DNA of 34,763 bases, from assembly GCA_041478585.1 (NCBI GenBank), contig JBGOWL010000002.1:1-34763 (forward strand), read 5' to 3'. The notes under the pieces are model-generated. The model was not told the DNA's origin. It saw only the letters and a list, made by a program, of their open reading frames with translations, and made no database searches. A program made the position numbers and the translations under genes. The stretch is from Dehalococcoidia bacterium (lineage in GTDB: Bacteria > Chloroflexota > Dehalococcoidia > UBA2247 > RBG-13-53-26). Below, in pieces: positions 27,038 to 34,476 of the stretch. Positions within the stretch are counted from its first letter, which is position 1, and each line of letters opens with the position of its first letter.

Positions 27038-28360
27038 CTATGCATGAAGTGCAGTCGCAATGTGGTTCACGTTGCCCCGCACTGTGGTATCTGTGTTCAC
27101 TGTAGTGGCTATTTTGTGGTAGCTACGAAGAATGGTGGAGTGATCTCGCCCACCCAACAATCTTCCGATATCCTGCAGGGGGCAGTTGGTCTTCTCTCGG
27201 ACAAGGTAAATAGCAATCTGGCGTGCTAAGGCCAATCTATGGTCTCTCTTGCGGCCCTTCAGTGTTTCCAGACTCACCTGAAAGTGGTCGGCGACCGCCT
27301 TCAGTATTGATGCTGGTGTAATGGCAGATGGTCCTGCGTTGGCTGGAGGTATGTCTTGCAGAGCTTGCTGTGCTAGCTGCAATGTGGGGCGCTCGCGCAG
27401 CAAGTTTGCATGAGCTACAACAGCATTCAGGGCGCCTTCTAGCTCTCGCACATTGGCATTCTCGCGGCAACGTTGGGCAATGAACTGGAATATAGCTTCG
27501 TCGATGACAAACTGCTTCTCTTCAGACCTTGCTTGAAGAATAGCTAATCGCGTCTGCAAATCAGGAGATTGGACCTGCGTAACAAGCCCGCATGAGAAGC
27601 GGGAGCAGAGGCTGGAGTCTACGGTAGTCATAGCTTTCGGGGGACGATCGCTGGTGATCACCAACTGGCGGTTAGTATTATGGAGGGCATTGAAGGTGTG
27701 AAAGAGGGTCTCTTGCGTTTGCGGTTTACCAATCATGAATTGGATGTCCTCCATAATGAAAACATCGGCATTCCTGAATCTACCGCGGAACTCCTCTGTT
27801 TTCTTCTCCCTGATGGAAGTTATGAACTCGTTGGTGAATTGCTCGCTGCTGACGTAAACCACCTGGAACCCGTTTTCAGAAGCTTCATTTCCTATGGCCT
27901 GTGCAAGATGGGTTTTCCCCAGGCCAGACCCGCCGTGGATGAAAAGCGGATTGTAGTGCTGGCCCGGTTCCTCCGCTGCTCCTAAGGAAGCAGCATAGGC
28001 CAAGCGATTGGATCCACCAACGACGAAGTTCCCGAAGGTGTATCTCGGGTTGGTTGTTGATGGTGGCAGTCTTTGCTGTGGCGCCTCTGGGCCTTGGTGA
28101 ACAGGTACCTGACTAGGGCAAACCCGGAATTGAACTCCTAGCTCTTGCCCTGTAATCCCCATCAGCACCTTTGTGATCAAAGAGTGCAGACGTTTCTCCA
28201 GCCATTCCTTGGCAAAGGTGCTGGGTGTTCCAACAACAAATCGAGTCCCTTGGTGGCTAATACCTACGGTATCCTTGAGCCACGTTTCGAAGTTCGATTT
28301 GCTGACCTGAACCTGAAGGGCGCCTTTGCAGGCTTCCCAAGTCTCCTTAGCTGTTCTCAT
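27038..28360 (-). CDS. dnaA: Chromosomal replication initiator protein DnaA
   Basis: 440 aa. It has an N-terminal domain I (W......L...VS...F.TWLK), an AAA+ Walker A (GGSGLGKTHL), a Walker B (FIMEDIQF), and the domain IV DNA-binding signature (RQIAIYL.RE.T...L..IG...GGRDHSTI). Confidence 0.96.
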   Translation of the reverse strand: MRTAKETWEACKGALQVQVSKSNFETWLKDTVGISHQGTRFVVGTPSTFAKEWLEKRLHSLITKVLMGITGQELGVQFRVCPSQVPVHQGPEAPQQRLPPSTTNPRYTFGNFVVGGSNRLAYAASLGAAEEPGQHYNPLFIHGGSGLGKTHLAQAIGNEASENGFQVVYVSSEQFTNEFITSIREKKTEEFRGRFRNADVFIMEDIQFMIGKPQTQETLFHTFNALHNTNRQLVITSDRPPKAMTTVDSSLCSRFSCGLVTQVQSPDLQTRLAILQARSEEKQFVIDEAIFQFIAQRCRENANVRELEGALNAVVAHANLLRERPTLQLAQQALQDIPPANAGPSAITPASILKAVADHFQVSLETLKGRKRDHRLALARQIAIYLVREKTNCPLQDIGRLLGGRDHSTILRSYHKIATTVNTDTTVRGNVNHIATALHA

Positions 28361-28813
28361 ACCCCCCTTTGAGAGCTAGAAGGCCTTGCTATATAGCGCA
28401 AGATATTCAAAAATCAAAACGAAAAGTGCGCGAAATTATAGGTCCGGATATTCCCCCAGAGATTTTTGAGGCTAGGTAGTCCTAAGTATAACTCTGCCCC
28501 TTCTCGGGCTGGTCAAGGGTTTATCTTCATGTTGAATTGTCTTCTCAGAATTTGATCTGGTCTTATCCATAATTAAATAGCTCTTCAGCTCAAGACTCAA
28601 GACAGTAACACCGAAAGTTTACAACCCGCGTCCATGTCCCAGTCAAGAGTTTTGCGTTATGTTTTCTTGTAAGGAATGGTTTAGGCAGTGCATGTCTTGG
28701 GACTATTATGCAAAAAGACTGCGCGAGAGCCTCTGAAATGTTAGGGGTGTTAGCGAAAAGGCGAAATTGTGGTAATATACGACATGATTTTGAGGAGAGT
28801 TGGCTTTGAAATC
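28361..28813. other. Candidate replication origin / dnaA control region (non-coding, AT-rich patches)
   Basis: This is the largest non-coding stretch in the window, directly upstream of dnaA. Gene orientation diverges around it. It holds one 8/9 DnaA-box match, TTATCCATA, at 28563-28571. An AT-rich tract lies at 28391-28440. Short repeats are present (CTCAAGA x2 at 28589-28602; GTCAAGrGTTT at 28512 and 28642). A possible dnaA promoter reads TTGATT-16 nt-TATATA (28417-28390, minus strand). Confidence 0.35.
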
Positions 28814-28890
28814 TGGCGCGCCTAGAGGGATTCGAACCCTCGACCCTCGGTTCCGAAGACCGATGCTCTGATCCGCTGAGCTATAGGCGC
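28814..28890 (-). tRNA. tRNA-Arg (anticodon TCG), CCA encoded
   Basis: I folded the cloverleaf by hand from the reverse complement: GCGCCTA/TA/GCTC-AGCGGATCA-GAGC/A/TCGGT-CTTCGGA-ACCGA/GGGTC/GAGGG-TTCGAAT-CCCTC/TAGGCGC/G/CCA. It is 77 nt and all stems are Watson-Crick. Confidence 0.93.
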
Positions 28891-28968
28891 TGGGGTGGAC
28901 GGAGGGATTCGAACCCTCGATCTCCAGGGCCACAACCTGGCGCCTTAAGCCTCTGGGCTACGCCCACC
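28891..28968 (-). tRNA. tRNA-His (anticodon GTG) with encoded G-1 and CCA
   Basis: The reverse complement folds as G(-1)+GTGGGCG/TA/GCCC...GGC/G/CCAGG-TTGTGGC-CCTGG/AGATC/GAGGG-TTCGAAT-CCCTC/CGTCCAC/C/CCA. The G-1:C73 pair is the histidine identity hallmark. Confidence 0.93.
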
Positions 28969-28977
28969 ACAAGCCAG

Positions 28978-29007
28978 ATTCTAGCACTTGGATGAACGGG
29001 ATATCAA
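28978..29007 (-). promoter_or_regulatory. Promoter candidate for the tRNA-His/tRNA-Arg transcript (TTGATA-18 nt-TGcTAGAAT)
   Basis: The minus strand reads TTGATA (29007-29002), an 18-nt spacer ending in TGc, then TAGAAT (28983-28978). The -10 ends 9 nt before tRNA-His position -1, which implies a very short leader. Confidence 0.5.
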
Positions 29008-29008
29008 G

Positions 29009-29716
29009 ATGAAGGAGTTTTCACGGGAGCGAGTGGGTGCTGTTGTCGTTGCTGCCGGCAGCAGCCAGCGAATGGGGGGTGTGGATAAGATCTTTGCCAT
29101 CGTAGCTGGCAAGCCTGTCCTAGCGCACGTGCTCAGCGTGTTTGAGAGATGTAGTCTGGTGGATCAGGTGGTTGTGGTCTTGAATGCTGCAGGGCTGGAG
29201 CAGGGGCGGGAGATGGTGGAGAGCGATGGGTTTTCGAAAGTGGTGGCATTGTGTCGTGGCGGGGAACGGCGTCAGGATTCGGTAGCCGAGGGGCTCAAGA
29301 GGCTGGAAGGTTGCTACTGGGTGATAGTTCATGACGGGGCTCGCCCCTGTGTGACCTCTGATCTGGTCGAACGTGGATTGACTGAGGTCCGTCAAACAGG
29401 GGCGGCAATTGCTGCAGTGCCAGTCAAGGAAACCGTGAAGGTGATTGATACTGAGCAAATAGTCCAAGGTACGCCTCACCGTGGAAACCTCTGGGTGGCG
29501 CAGACTCCGCAGATATTTCGCTTTGATATAATAGTGAAGGCTTATCGGCAAACGAGTGAAGAGGTGACCGATGATGCTGCTGCGGTGGAGGCATTGGGGC
29601 ATAAGGTCAAGGTCTACATGGGCTTGTACGAAAATATCAAGGTGACAACCCAAGAGGACTTGACTCTGGCAGAGATTATCATGAGGGGGAGGGATGAGGG
29701 TAGGCATTGGCTATGA
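29009..29716 (+). CDS. ispD: 2-C-methyl-D-erythritol 4-phosphate cytidylyltransferase
   Basis: AVVVAAGSSQRMGG..K, GGERRQDSV, VHDGARP and TPQ.F motifs are present. The start is uncertain. I chose ATG 29009. The ORF-track start is TTG 28988, and GTG 29030 is also possible. Confidence 0.88.
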   Translation: MKEFSRERVGAVVVAAGSSQRMGGVDKIFAIVAGKPVLAHVLSVFERCSLVDQVVVVLNAAGLEQGREMVESDGFSKVVALCRGGERRQDSVAEGLKRLEGCYWVIVHDGARPCVTSDLVERGLTEVRQTGAAIAAVPVKETVKVIDTEQIVQGTPHRGNLWVAQTPQIFRFDIIVKAYRQTSEEVTDDAAAVEALGHKVKVYMGLYENIKVTTQEDLTLAEIIMRGRDEGRHWL

Positions 29717-30185
29717 CGTTCACCCTTTAACGCAAGGGAGAAGGCTGGTATTAGGAGGAGTAGAGATACCCTTTGATAAGGGACTTGATGGCCATAGCGA
29801 CGCTGATGTTGTGGTGCATTCTATTATTGATGCTTTGCTTGGTGCGGCTGGATTGGGGGATATCGGAACCCATTTCCCTTCCTCTGAGCCAAACTACAAG
29901 GGTATCTCTAGCATTGTCCTTCTTCGCCGGGTGGCAACCATGCTCAAAGAGGAAGGCTGGCAGATATACAATGTTGATGCCACTGTTGTGGCTGAACAGC
30001 CGCGCCTGGCACCGTTTATTCCTCGGATGCGGGAGCTGATCAGCCAGACCTTGGAAGTCAGCATAGACCGGGTGGGAGTAAAAAGCACCACCTCCAAGGG
30101 ACTCGGCTTTGTGGGAGAGGGGCAAGCAATAGCTGTCCATGCGGTCGCCTTGGTGGACGAAGCTGCTGATCAGGCTGAAGCTTGA
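29694..30185 (+). CDS. ispF: 2-C-methyl-D-erythritol 2,4-cyclodiphosphate synthase
   Basis: 163 aa with MRVGIGYDVH, GHSDADV..H and DIG..FP motifs. It overlaps the ispD 3' end by 23 nt. Confidence 0.93.
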   Translation: MRVGIGYDVHPLTQGRRLVLGGVEIPFDKGLDGHSDADVVVHSIIDALLGAAGLGDIGTHFPSSEPNYKGISSIVLLRRVATMLKEEGWQIYNVDATVVAEQPRLAPFIPRMRELISQTLEVSIDRVGVKSTTSKGLGFVGEGQAIAVHAVALVDEAADQAEA

Positions 30186-30227
30186 AGATGCTGAAAACCA
30201 GATTGCTGTTGAAGTAAAGGAGTAAGT

Positions 30228-31607
30228 GTGAGGATATACAACACCCTTTCAGGACGGGAAGAAGATTTTCTGCCTCAAAGTGAAGTGGTGAGAATGTACG
30301 TCTGCGGGGTTACCCCCTATGCAGAGTGTCACCTCGGTCATGCCATGAGCTACATAGTCTTCGATGTAGTCAGGCGCTATCTGGAGTTTAGAGGCTACAA
30401 GGTGAAGCATGTGCAGAACTTCACCGATATTGATGACAAGATCATCAATCGAGCACAGCAGCTAAGCATACCGCCTGGCGAGGTAGCCGAAAGATTTATT
30501 GCCCAGTACTTTGCTGACATGGATACCCTGAACATCAAGAGAGCTCATGTGTATCCCAGGGCTACGGAGGAGATACCCAAGATCACTGAGGTGATACAGG
30601 GCTTGATTGATAAGGGATATGCCTATGAAGCAAGGGGCGATGTCTATTTCAGGGTGAGCAGCGATCTGGACTACGGAAAGCTCAGCCACCAGAGCTTGGA
30701 TTCTTTGCAGGCGGGAGCGCGGGTAGAAGTAGGAATTGAAAAGGAACACCCCCTGGATTTTGCCCTATGGAAGGCAACAAAGCCCGGCGAACCGTGGTGG
30801 GAGAGTCCCTGGGGTAGGGGCAGGCCCGGCTGGCATATTGAATGCAGCGCCATGTCCCTGAGGCATCTCGGGGAGACAGTCGATATCCATGGTGGGGGGC
30901 AGGACTTGATCTTCCCCCACCATGAGAATGAGATAGCCCAGTCCGAAAGCTTCACTGAAATCACCCCCTTTGTCAGGTATTGGATGCATAATGGGCTGGT
31001 CCAACTTGAAGGGGAGAAGATGAGCAAGTCCCTCGGAGTCTTGGTTACCATAAAACAGACTCTGGAGCGCTTCAGTCCTGATACGATAAGGCTGTTTGTT
31101 TTGAGTTCACATTACCGTAGCCCGATAAGTTTCAGTGAAGAGGGTTTGAAGGCTGCCGAGAAAGGCATGGAGAGGCTTCGTCAGTCAGGTTTTGCCGACG
31201 GTCAGCATGCGACGGCGGAAGAGACTGGAACAATCGACACCGGAGTGTTTCGCCAGAAATTTATCGATGCCATGGATGAAGATTTCAATTCGGCCCAGGC
31301 CTTGGCGGTCCTGTTCGATTTGGCCAGGGAGATCAACCGCGCAGTTAGTCAGGGTGTTGGTGTGCAAAAGGCGCAACAGATGTTGCGAGAATTGGGCCAT
31401 GTTTTGGGGTTTACTTTTGAAGAAAGGGAAATCAGGTTGGTCGCAGATCCCTTTATCGAACTACTTATCTCGATTCGTGCTGATCTAAGAAAAGAGAAGC
31501 AGTGGCAACTGGCTGACGAGATTCGCTTTCGGTTGAATGAATTGGGGGTAGTTCTTGAGGATGTGCCTCAGGGAACTACTTGGAAATACGAAAGACCGGA
31601 CGGGTGA
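30228..31607 (+). CDS. cysS: Cysteine--tRNA ligase
   Basis: 459 aa with CGVTPY...HLGHA (HIGH), WHIECS, KMSKSLG (KMSKS), and a GTG start 5 nt after an AAGGAG SD. Confidence 0.95.
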   Translation: MRIYNTLSGREEDFLPQSEVVRMYVCGVTPYAECHLGHAMSYIVFDVVRRYLEFRGYKVKHVQNFTDIDDKIINRAQQLSIPPGEVAERFIAQYFADMDTLNIKRAHVYPRATEEIPKITEVIQGLIDKGYAYEARGDVYFRVSSDLDYGKLSHQSLDSLQAGARVEVGIEKEHPLDFALWKATKPGEPWWESPWGRGRPGWHIECSAMSLRHLGETVDIHGGGQDLIFPHHENEIAQSESFTEITPFVRYWMHNGLVQLEGEKMSKSLGVLVTIKQTLERFSPDTIRLFVLSSHYRSPISFSEEGLKAAEKGMERLRQSGFADGQHATAEETGTIDTGVFRQKFIDAMDEDFNSAQALAVLFDLAREINRAVSQGVGVQKAQQMLRELGHVLGFTFEEREIRLVADPFIELLISIRADLRKEKQWQLADEIRFRLNELGVVLEDVPQGTTWKYERPDG

Positions 31608-31665
31608 GTGGTAGCTGGGAGGGGCCGGTTTCGTTCTCCTCATTTACACCTGGATTATCCTACAG

Positions 31666-31707
31666 TGTCAAAAGCAGTTTGACATAGTTCCCATGGGATG
31701 TTACAAT
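31666..31707 (+). promoter_or_regulatory. Consensus-like promoter for marR (TTGACA-17 nt-TACAAT) with an overlapping palindrome TGTCAAA-5 nt-TTTGACA (candidate MarR operator)
   Basis: TTGACA is at 31679-31684, followed by an exact 17-nt spacer and TACAAT at 31702-31707. The inverted repeat TGTCAAAagcagTTTGACA spans 31666-31684 and covers the -35. Confidence 0.5.
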
Positions 31708-31792
31708 TTTGTAAAATAATTCAATGATGGAGGCTTGCCTCCATAGAGACTGGGCAAGCTGAAAAAGAGACAAACCGAAGAAGGAGGACAAG

Positions 31793-32326
31793 GTGCATAA
31801 TTGGGAGACCGGTGATCTGTATCTGACTACTTGGGTTCGGCTGCGCCAGTCAGCTGAAGCTGCAATCAGAGCTGTAGAGATAGAGCTCGGCAAGCGGCAA
31901 ACCACACTCGCTCAGACGGATGTTCTGCTTATCCTAAGCATGAGCAAAACTCCTCTGAGCCCTGGAGAGATATCGTCTTACGTATTTCGGGAGAAGCACA
32001 GTGTTTCTGCGCTGCTATCTCGAATGCAGAGAGCTGGTTATGTGAAGAAGGTCAGAAGCCGGAAGGATCAGAGGGTGGTAAAAATCCAGATACAGCCCAA
32101 AGGAAAAGAGCTTCTTGAGCAGGCAATACCGGTCATTATCGGACACGCCCGGGATATGCTGGCCGCGCGCTTCTCAGAGAAAGAGATCAAACAATTTGAC
32201 AGACATCTGAAGAGTCTACGAGACCTTGCCCTTCGAGAACTGGGAACGGAAGCCAGACCTCTTCCATCTACGATTGAGTGGGGGCCTGATCTGGTGAGCC
32301 ATTGGCGGGGCTTGGTCAAGGGTTAG
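31793..32326 (+). CDS. MarR-family transcriptional regulator
   Basis: 177 aa. It has a winged-helix pattern (LAQTDVLLIL....PLSPGEIS......KHSVSALLSRMQRAGYVKK.....DQRVVKIQI.PKG). A GTG start follows a GAAGGAGGA SD. Confidence 0.85.
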   Translation: MHNWETGDLYLTTWVRLRQSAEAAIRAVEIELGKRQTTLAQTDVLLILSMSKTPLSPGEISSYVFREKHSVSALLSRMQRAGYVKKVRSRKDQRVVKIQIQPKGKELLEQAIPVIIGHARDMLAARFSEKEIKQFDRHLKSLRDLALRELGTEARPLPSTIEWGPDLVSHWRGLVKG

Positions 32327-32403
32327 CATCGCTCGAGGCTGGCCTAGGCTAGGCGTCAGTCTCCAAGTAGGAGAGCAGTAGGGAGCGGTCTGACAGGGGA
32401 ATC

Positions 32404-32437
32404 ACTTGCCCTCGGTTCTGGAACACCGAGGGCAAGT
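32404..32437 (+). terminator. Strong hairpin, probable intrinsic terminator after marR
   Basis: A perfect 13-bp stem (ACTTGCCCTCGGT / ACCGAGGGCAAGT) has an 8-nt loop. On the plus strand it is followed by TTGGTTGTATATAT, which is moderately U-rich. The minus-strand side lacks a U tract. Confidence 0.5.
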
Positions 32438-32600
32438 TGGTTGTATATATGTCCTCCGTAGTGAACCTCAAGACTACGTCTCTCATGTCTGTAGAGTTCT
32501 GATTTGCCTCACGGGGGATGTAGTCTGTTTCCCCAAGGATTCATTACCAGGTATCGTGAAGCGGCTTGTCGTTGGGTCCATCGGTCAGGGGCGGCGGAGA

Positions 32601-33290
32601 CTATGAGCGTTTGGTTCCAGTATGGATAGCGACTACGCCTAGTGTCAGAGTGTGGAAGTGAACATCCTTGAGGTCGATGTTCTGCATGATGCGCTGCAGT
32701 TGAACCGGCTCGTAGAATTCCATAATGGAACGGGGAAGATAGAGATAAGCCTCTTTGTCTCCTGATATGAGCCACCCCATAAAGGGCAGGATGATAAAGA
32801 GATAAAGCCTGTAAATCTTCTGGAGGACACGATGACGGGGTCGGGAGAACTCCAGGCAAACCACCTTGCCTCCCATCTTAACTACCCTGGTTGTTTCGAG
32901 GAGCATCCTCTCAACATCAGGAACATTTCTTAGAGCAAAGCCTATGGTGGCACAATCAAAGGTGTTGTCCGGGAAAGGAGCTTTCTCTGAGGTTGCCAGC
33001 ACAAGCTCCACATCGCTCGCCTTGGTCTTGGCTTCATAGAGCATCTTCTTGCAGAAGTCTATCCCCACAACTTTGCCCTTTCTACCAATCCTCCGGTGCA
33101 GTTCCTGAGCCAGCTTGCCCGTGCCTGTTGCTACATCCAGCACCATCTCGTCACCTCTAAGCCCGAGGCTGGAAACGGTGAATGTGCGCCAGTACTTGTC
33201 TCTGTGGAAGCTGAGCAACGTATTAAGCAGGTCATATCTACTGGCTATGGCTGAAAACATCCTGTGGACGTACGTTGCCTTATCTTTCAT
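32601..33290 (-). CDS. ubiE: Demethylmenaquinone/ubiquinone C-methyltransferase
   Basis: 229 aa. It has V..MF..IA.RYDLLN..LSF..D..WR at the N-terminus and the SAM motif VLDVATGTG. Confidence 0.88.
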   Translation of the reverse strand: MKDKATYVHRMFSAIASRYDLLNTLLSFHRDKYWRTFTVSSLGLRGDEMVLDVATGTGKLAQELHRRIGRKGKVVGIDFCKKMLYEAKTKASDVELVLATSEKAPFPDNTFDCATIGFALRNVPDVERMLLETTRVVKMGGKVVCLEFSRPRHRVLQKIYRLYLFIILPFMGWLISGDKEAYLYLPRSIMEFYEPVQLQRIMQNIDLKDVHFHTLTLGVVAIHTGTKRS

Positions 33291-33318
33291 TGTTTCTCAG
33301 TTGACCCCGTATGCTTTT

Positions 33319-33355
33319 TGCACATGATATGCACATTCTGTGCACACTATGCACC
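33319..33355. repeat. Four phased direct copies of TGCAC(A) (spacing 11, 11, 9 nt) upstream of ubiE
   Basis: The plus strand reads TGCACAtgataTGCACAttctgTGCACActaTGCACC, with copy starts at 33319, 33330, 33341 and 33350. The array lies 29-65 nt upstream of the ubiE ATG (33290, minus strand). Confidence 0.6.
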
Positions 33356-33413
33356 GTCTCTTGACACAGAGATCGCACGGTTGGAGCCACTCGGCACTTT
33401 ATGTCACGGATAC

Positions 33414-34235
33414 CTATAATCCTCTTCTTATCCTCACCTCATCACCAATCCTAGCGCCGAGGAAACGGGCGGCGCTGCCGTTTTTCAGGGCTATTTCCAG
33501 ATATCCGCTGCTGCCGACAAGGGCCAGCAAGCCATTCGCTTCATCGTACGTTTGGCTCAGGGATTCGATTTGCCGCCCTGCAACTTCAAGGTAGAACTTC
33601 TCTGGGGATATGTCTTCCCTTTGCACGTCTGTGATGATGTTGCCAAAACGGTCAATATGAAGGACATGTCCTATCAGGTCTCCACTTTCGAGGGCTTCTG
33701 GCTGAGGGATGGGGAAGAGATTAATGGAGTCTGTGGCCCTGCCGAATTCCTCGAAAGGGACGCCTGTGGAGATATAGGCGGCTATCGGAGCGAATATGTC
33801 GCGACCGTGGAAAGTCGAGCTCACCGGATGGCGCCAGAATCCTGGATTGGTGATCTCGAATGCCTCCAACCCAGCAGGCAATTCTTCAAGTGCTGTGCTA
33901 CCACGGCATCCTTTCAGTGAAGCATGATGGGCAACATAACTAAGTACCCCATTGTCTGGGGCGACGAAGACAGCCCTCTTGGTCTTGAGGATGATGGATC
34001 TGCGCTGACTGCCTACCCCCGGATCTACAACCACGATATGTATTGTGCCGTCGGGGAAGTAGGGATACGCAGTGCTCAGCACAAAGGCTCCCTGGGCAAC
34101 ATCCTGGGGGTCAATGGAGTGTGAGATATCAACTATGATGGCTCGGGGATTAATGCCTATGATAACGCCTTTCATGGCTGCTACATAGGCGTCCTCAATG
34201 CCAAAATCGGTGGTCAGGGTTATGATCGTTTCCAC
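33414..34235 (-). CDS. SAM hydrolase / SAM-dependent halogenase family protein (DUF62; SAM hydroxide adenosyltransferase type)
   Basis: The family N-terminal signature is ITLTTDFG..D.YV..MKGV. It is followed by DISH and FHGRD.FAP blocks and a C-terminal beta domain. I moved the start to GTG 34235, because the 55 upstream ORF-track residues overlap secG and have no family counterpart. Confidence 0.8.
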   Translation of the reverse strand: METIITLTTDFGIEDAYVAAMKGVIIGINPRAIIVDISHSIDPQDVAQGAFVLSTAYPYFPDGTIHIVVVDPGVGSQRRSIILKTKRAVFVAPDNGVLSYVAHHASLKGCRGSTALEELPAGLEAFEITNPGFWRHPVSSTFHGRDIFAPIAAYISTGVPFEEFGRATDSINLFPIPQPEALESGDLIGHVLHIDRFGNIITDVQREDISPEKFYLEVAGRQIESLSQTYDEANGLLALVGSSGYLEIALKNGSAARFLGARIGDEVRIRRGL

Positions 34236-34257
34236 GTCTACCTGGGACTGAGGAGGA

Positions 34258-34476
34258 TTAGCCAAACCTGAGGCTGAGTATGGAAAGGGCCACAAACAGC
34301 ACCACGAGAGCGATGGTGAACTGAAACAGGGCTTTCTCGACGCCTCTTCTGGTGCGAAAGGTACTATCGGGTTGTCCGAAAATGCCTCCCAGACCCCCAC
34401 CTCTTACCTGAAGCAAGATCACAGCAATCAATACCACAGCGACTATTATTTGAGCAACGTTAAAGTATGTTTGCAC
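34258..34476 (-). CDS. secG: Preprotein translocase subunit SecG
   Basis: 72 aa with two TM helices flanking the glycine-rich loop LLQ..GGGLGG.FG. The GTG start overlaps the gatB stop by 1 nt. Confidence 0.85.
   Translation of the reverse strand: MQTYFNVAQIIVAVVLIAVILLQVRGGGLGGIFGQPDSTFRTRRGVEKALFQFTIALVVLFVALSILSLRFG

Noticed and set aside
28706-28933. 75-aa minus-strand ORF (…GSNPSVHP…GSRVRIPLGAP…)
   Set aside because: It is simply the translation of the two tRNA genes. The GSNP / RVRIP strings are the usual T-arm translation artefacts.
32406-32859. ORFs 32406..32606 (+, 66 aa) and 32509..32859 (-, 116 aa) around the marR/ubiE spacer
   Set aside because: The first starts inside the terminator hairpin and has no SD. 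The second is out of frame within ubiE. Both translations are compositionally odd (Arg/Pro/Ser-rich).
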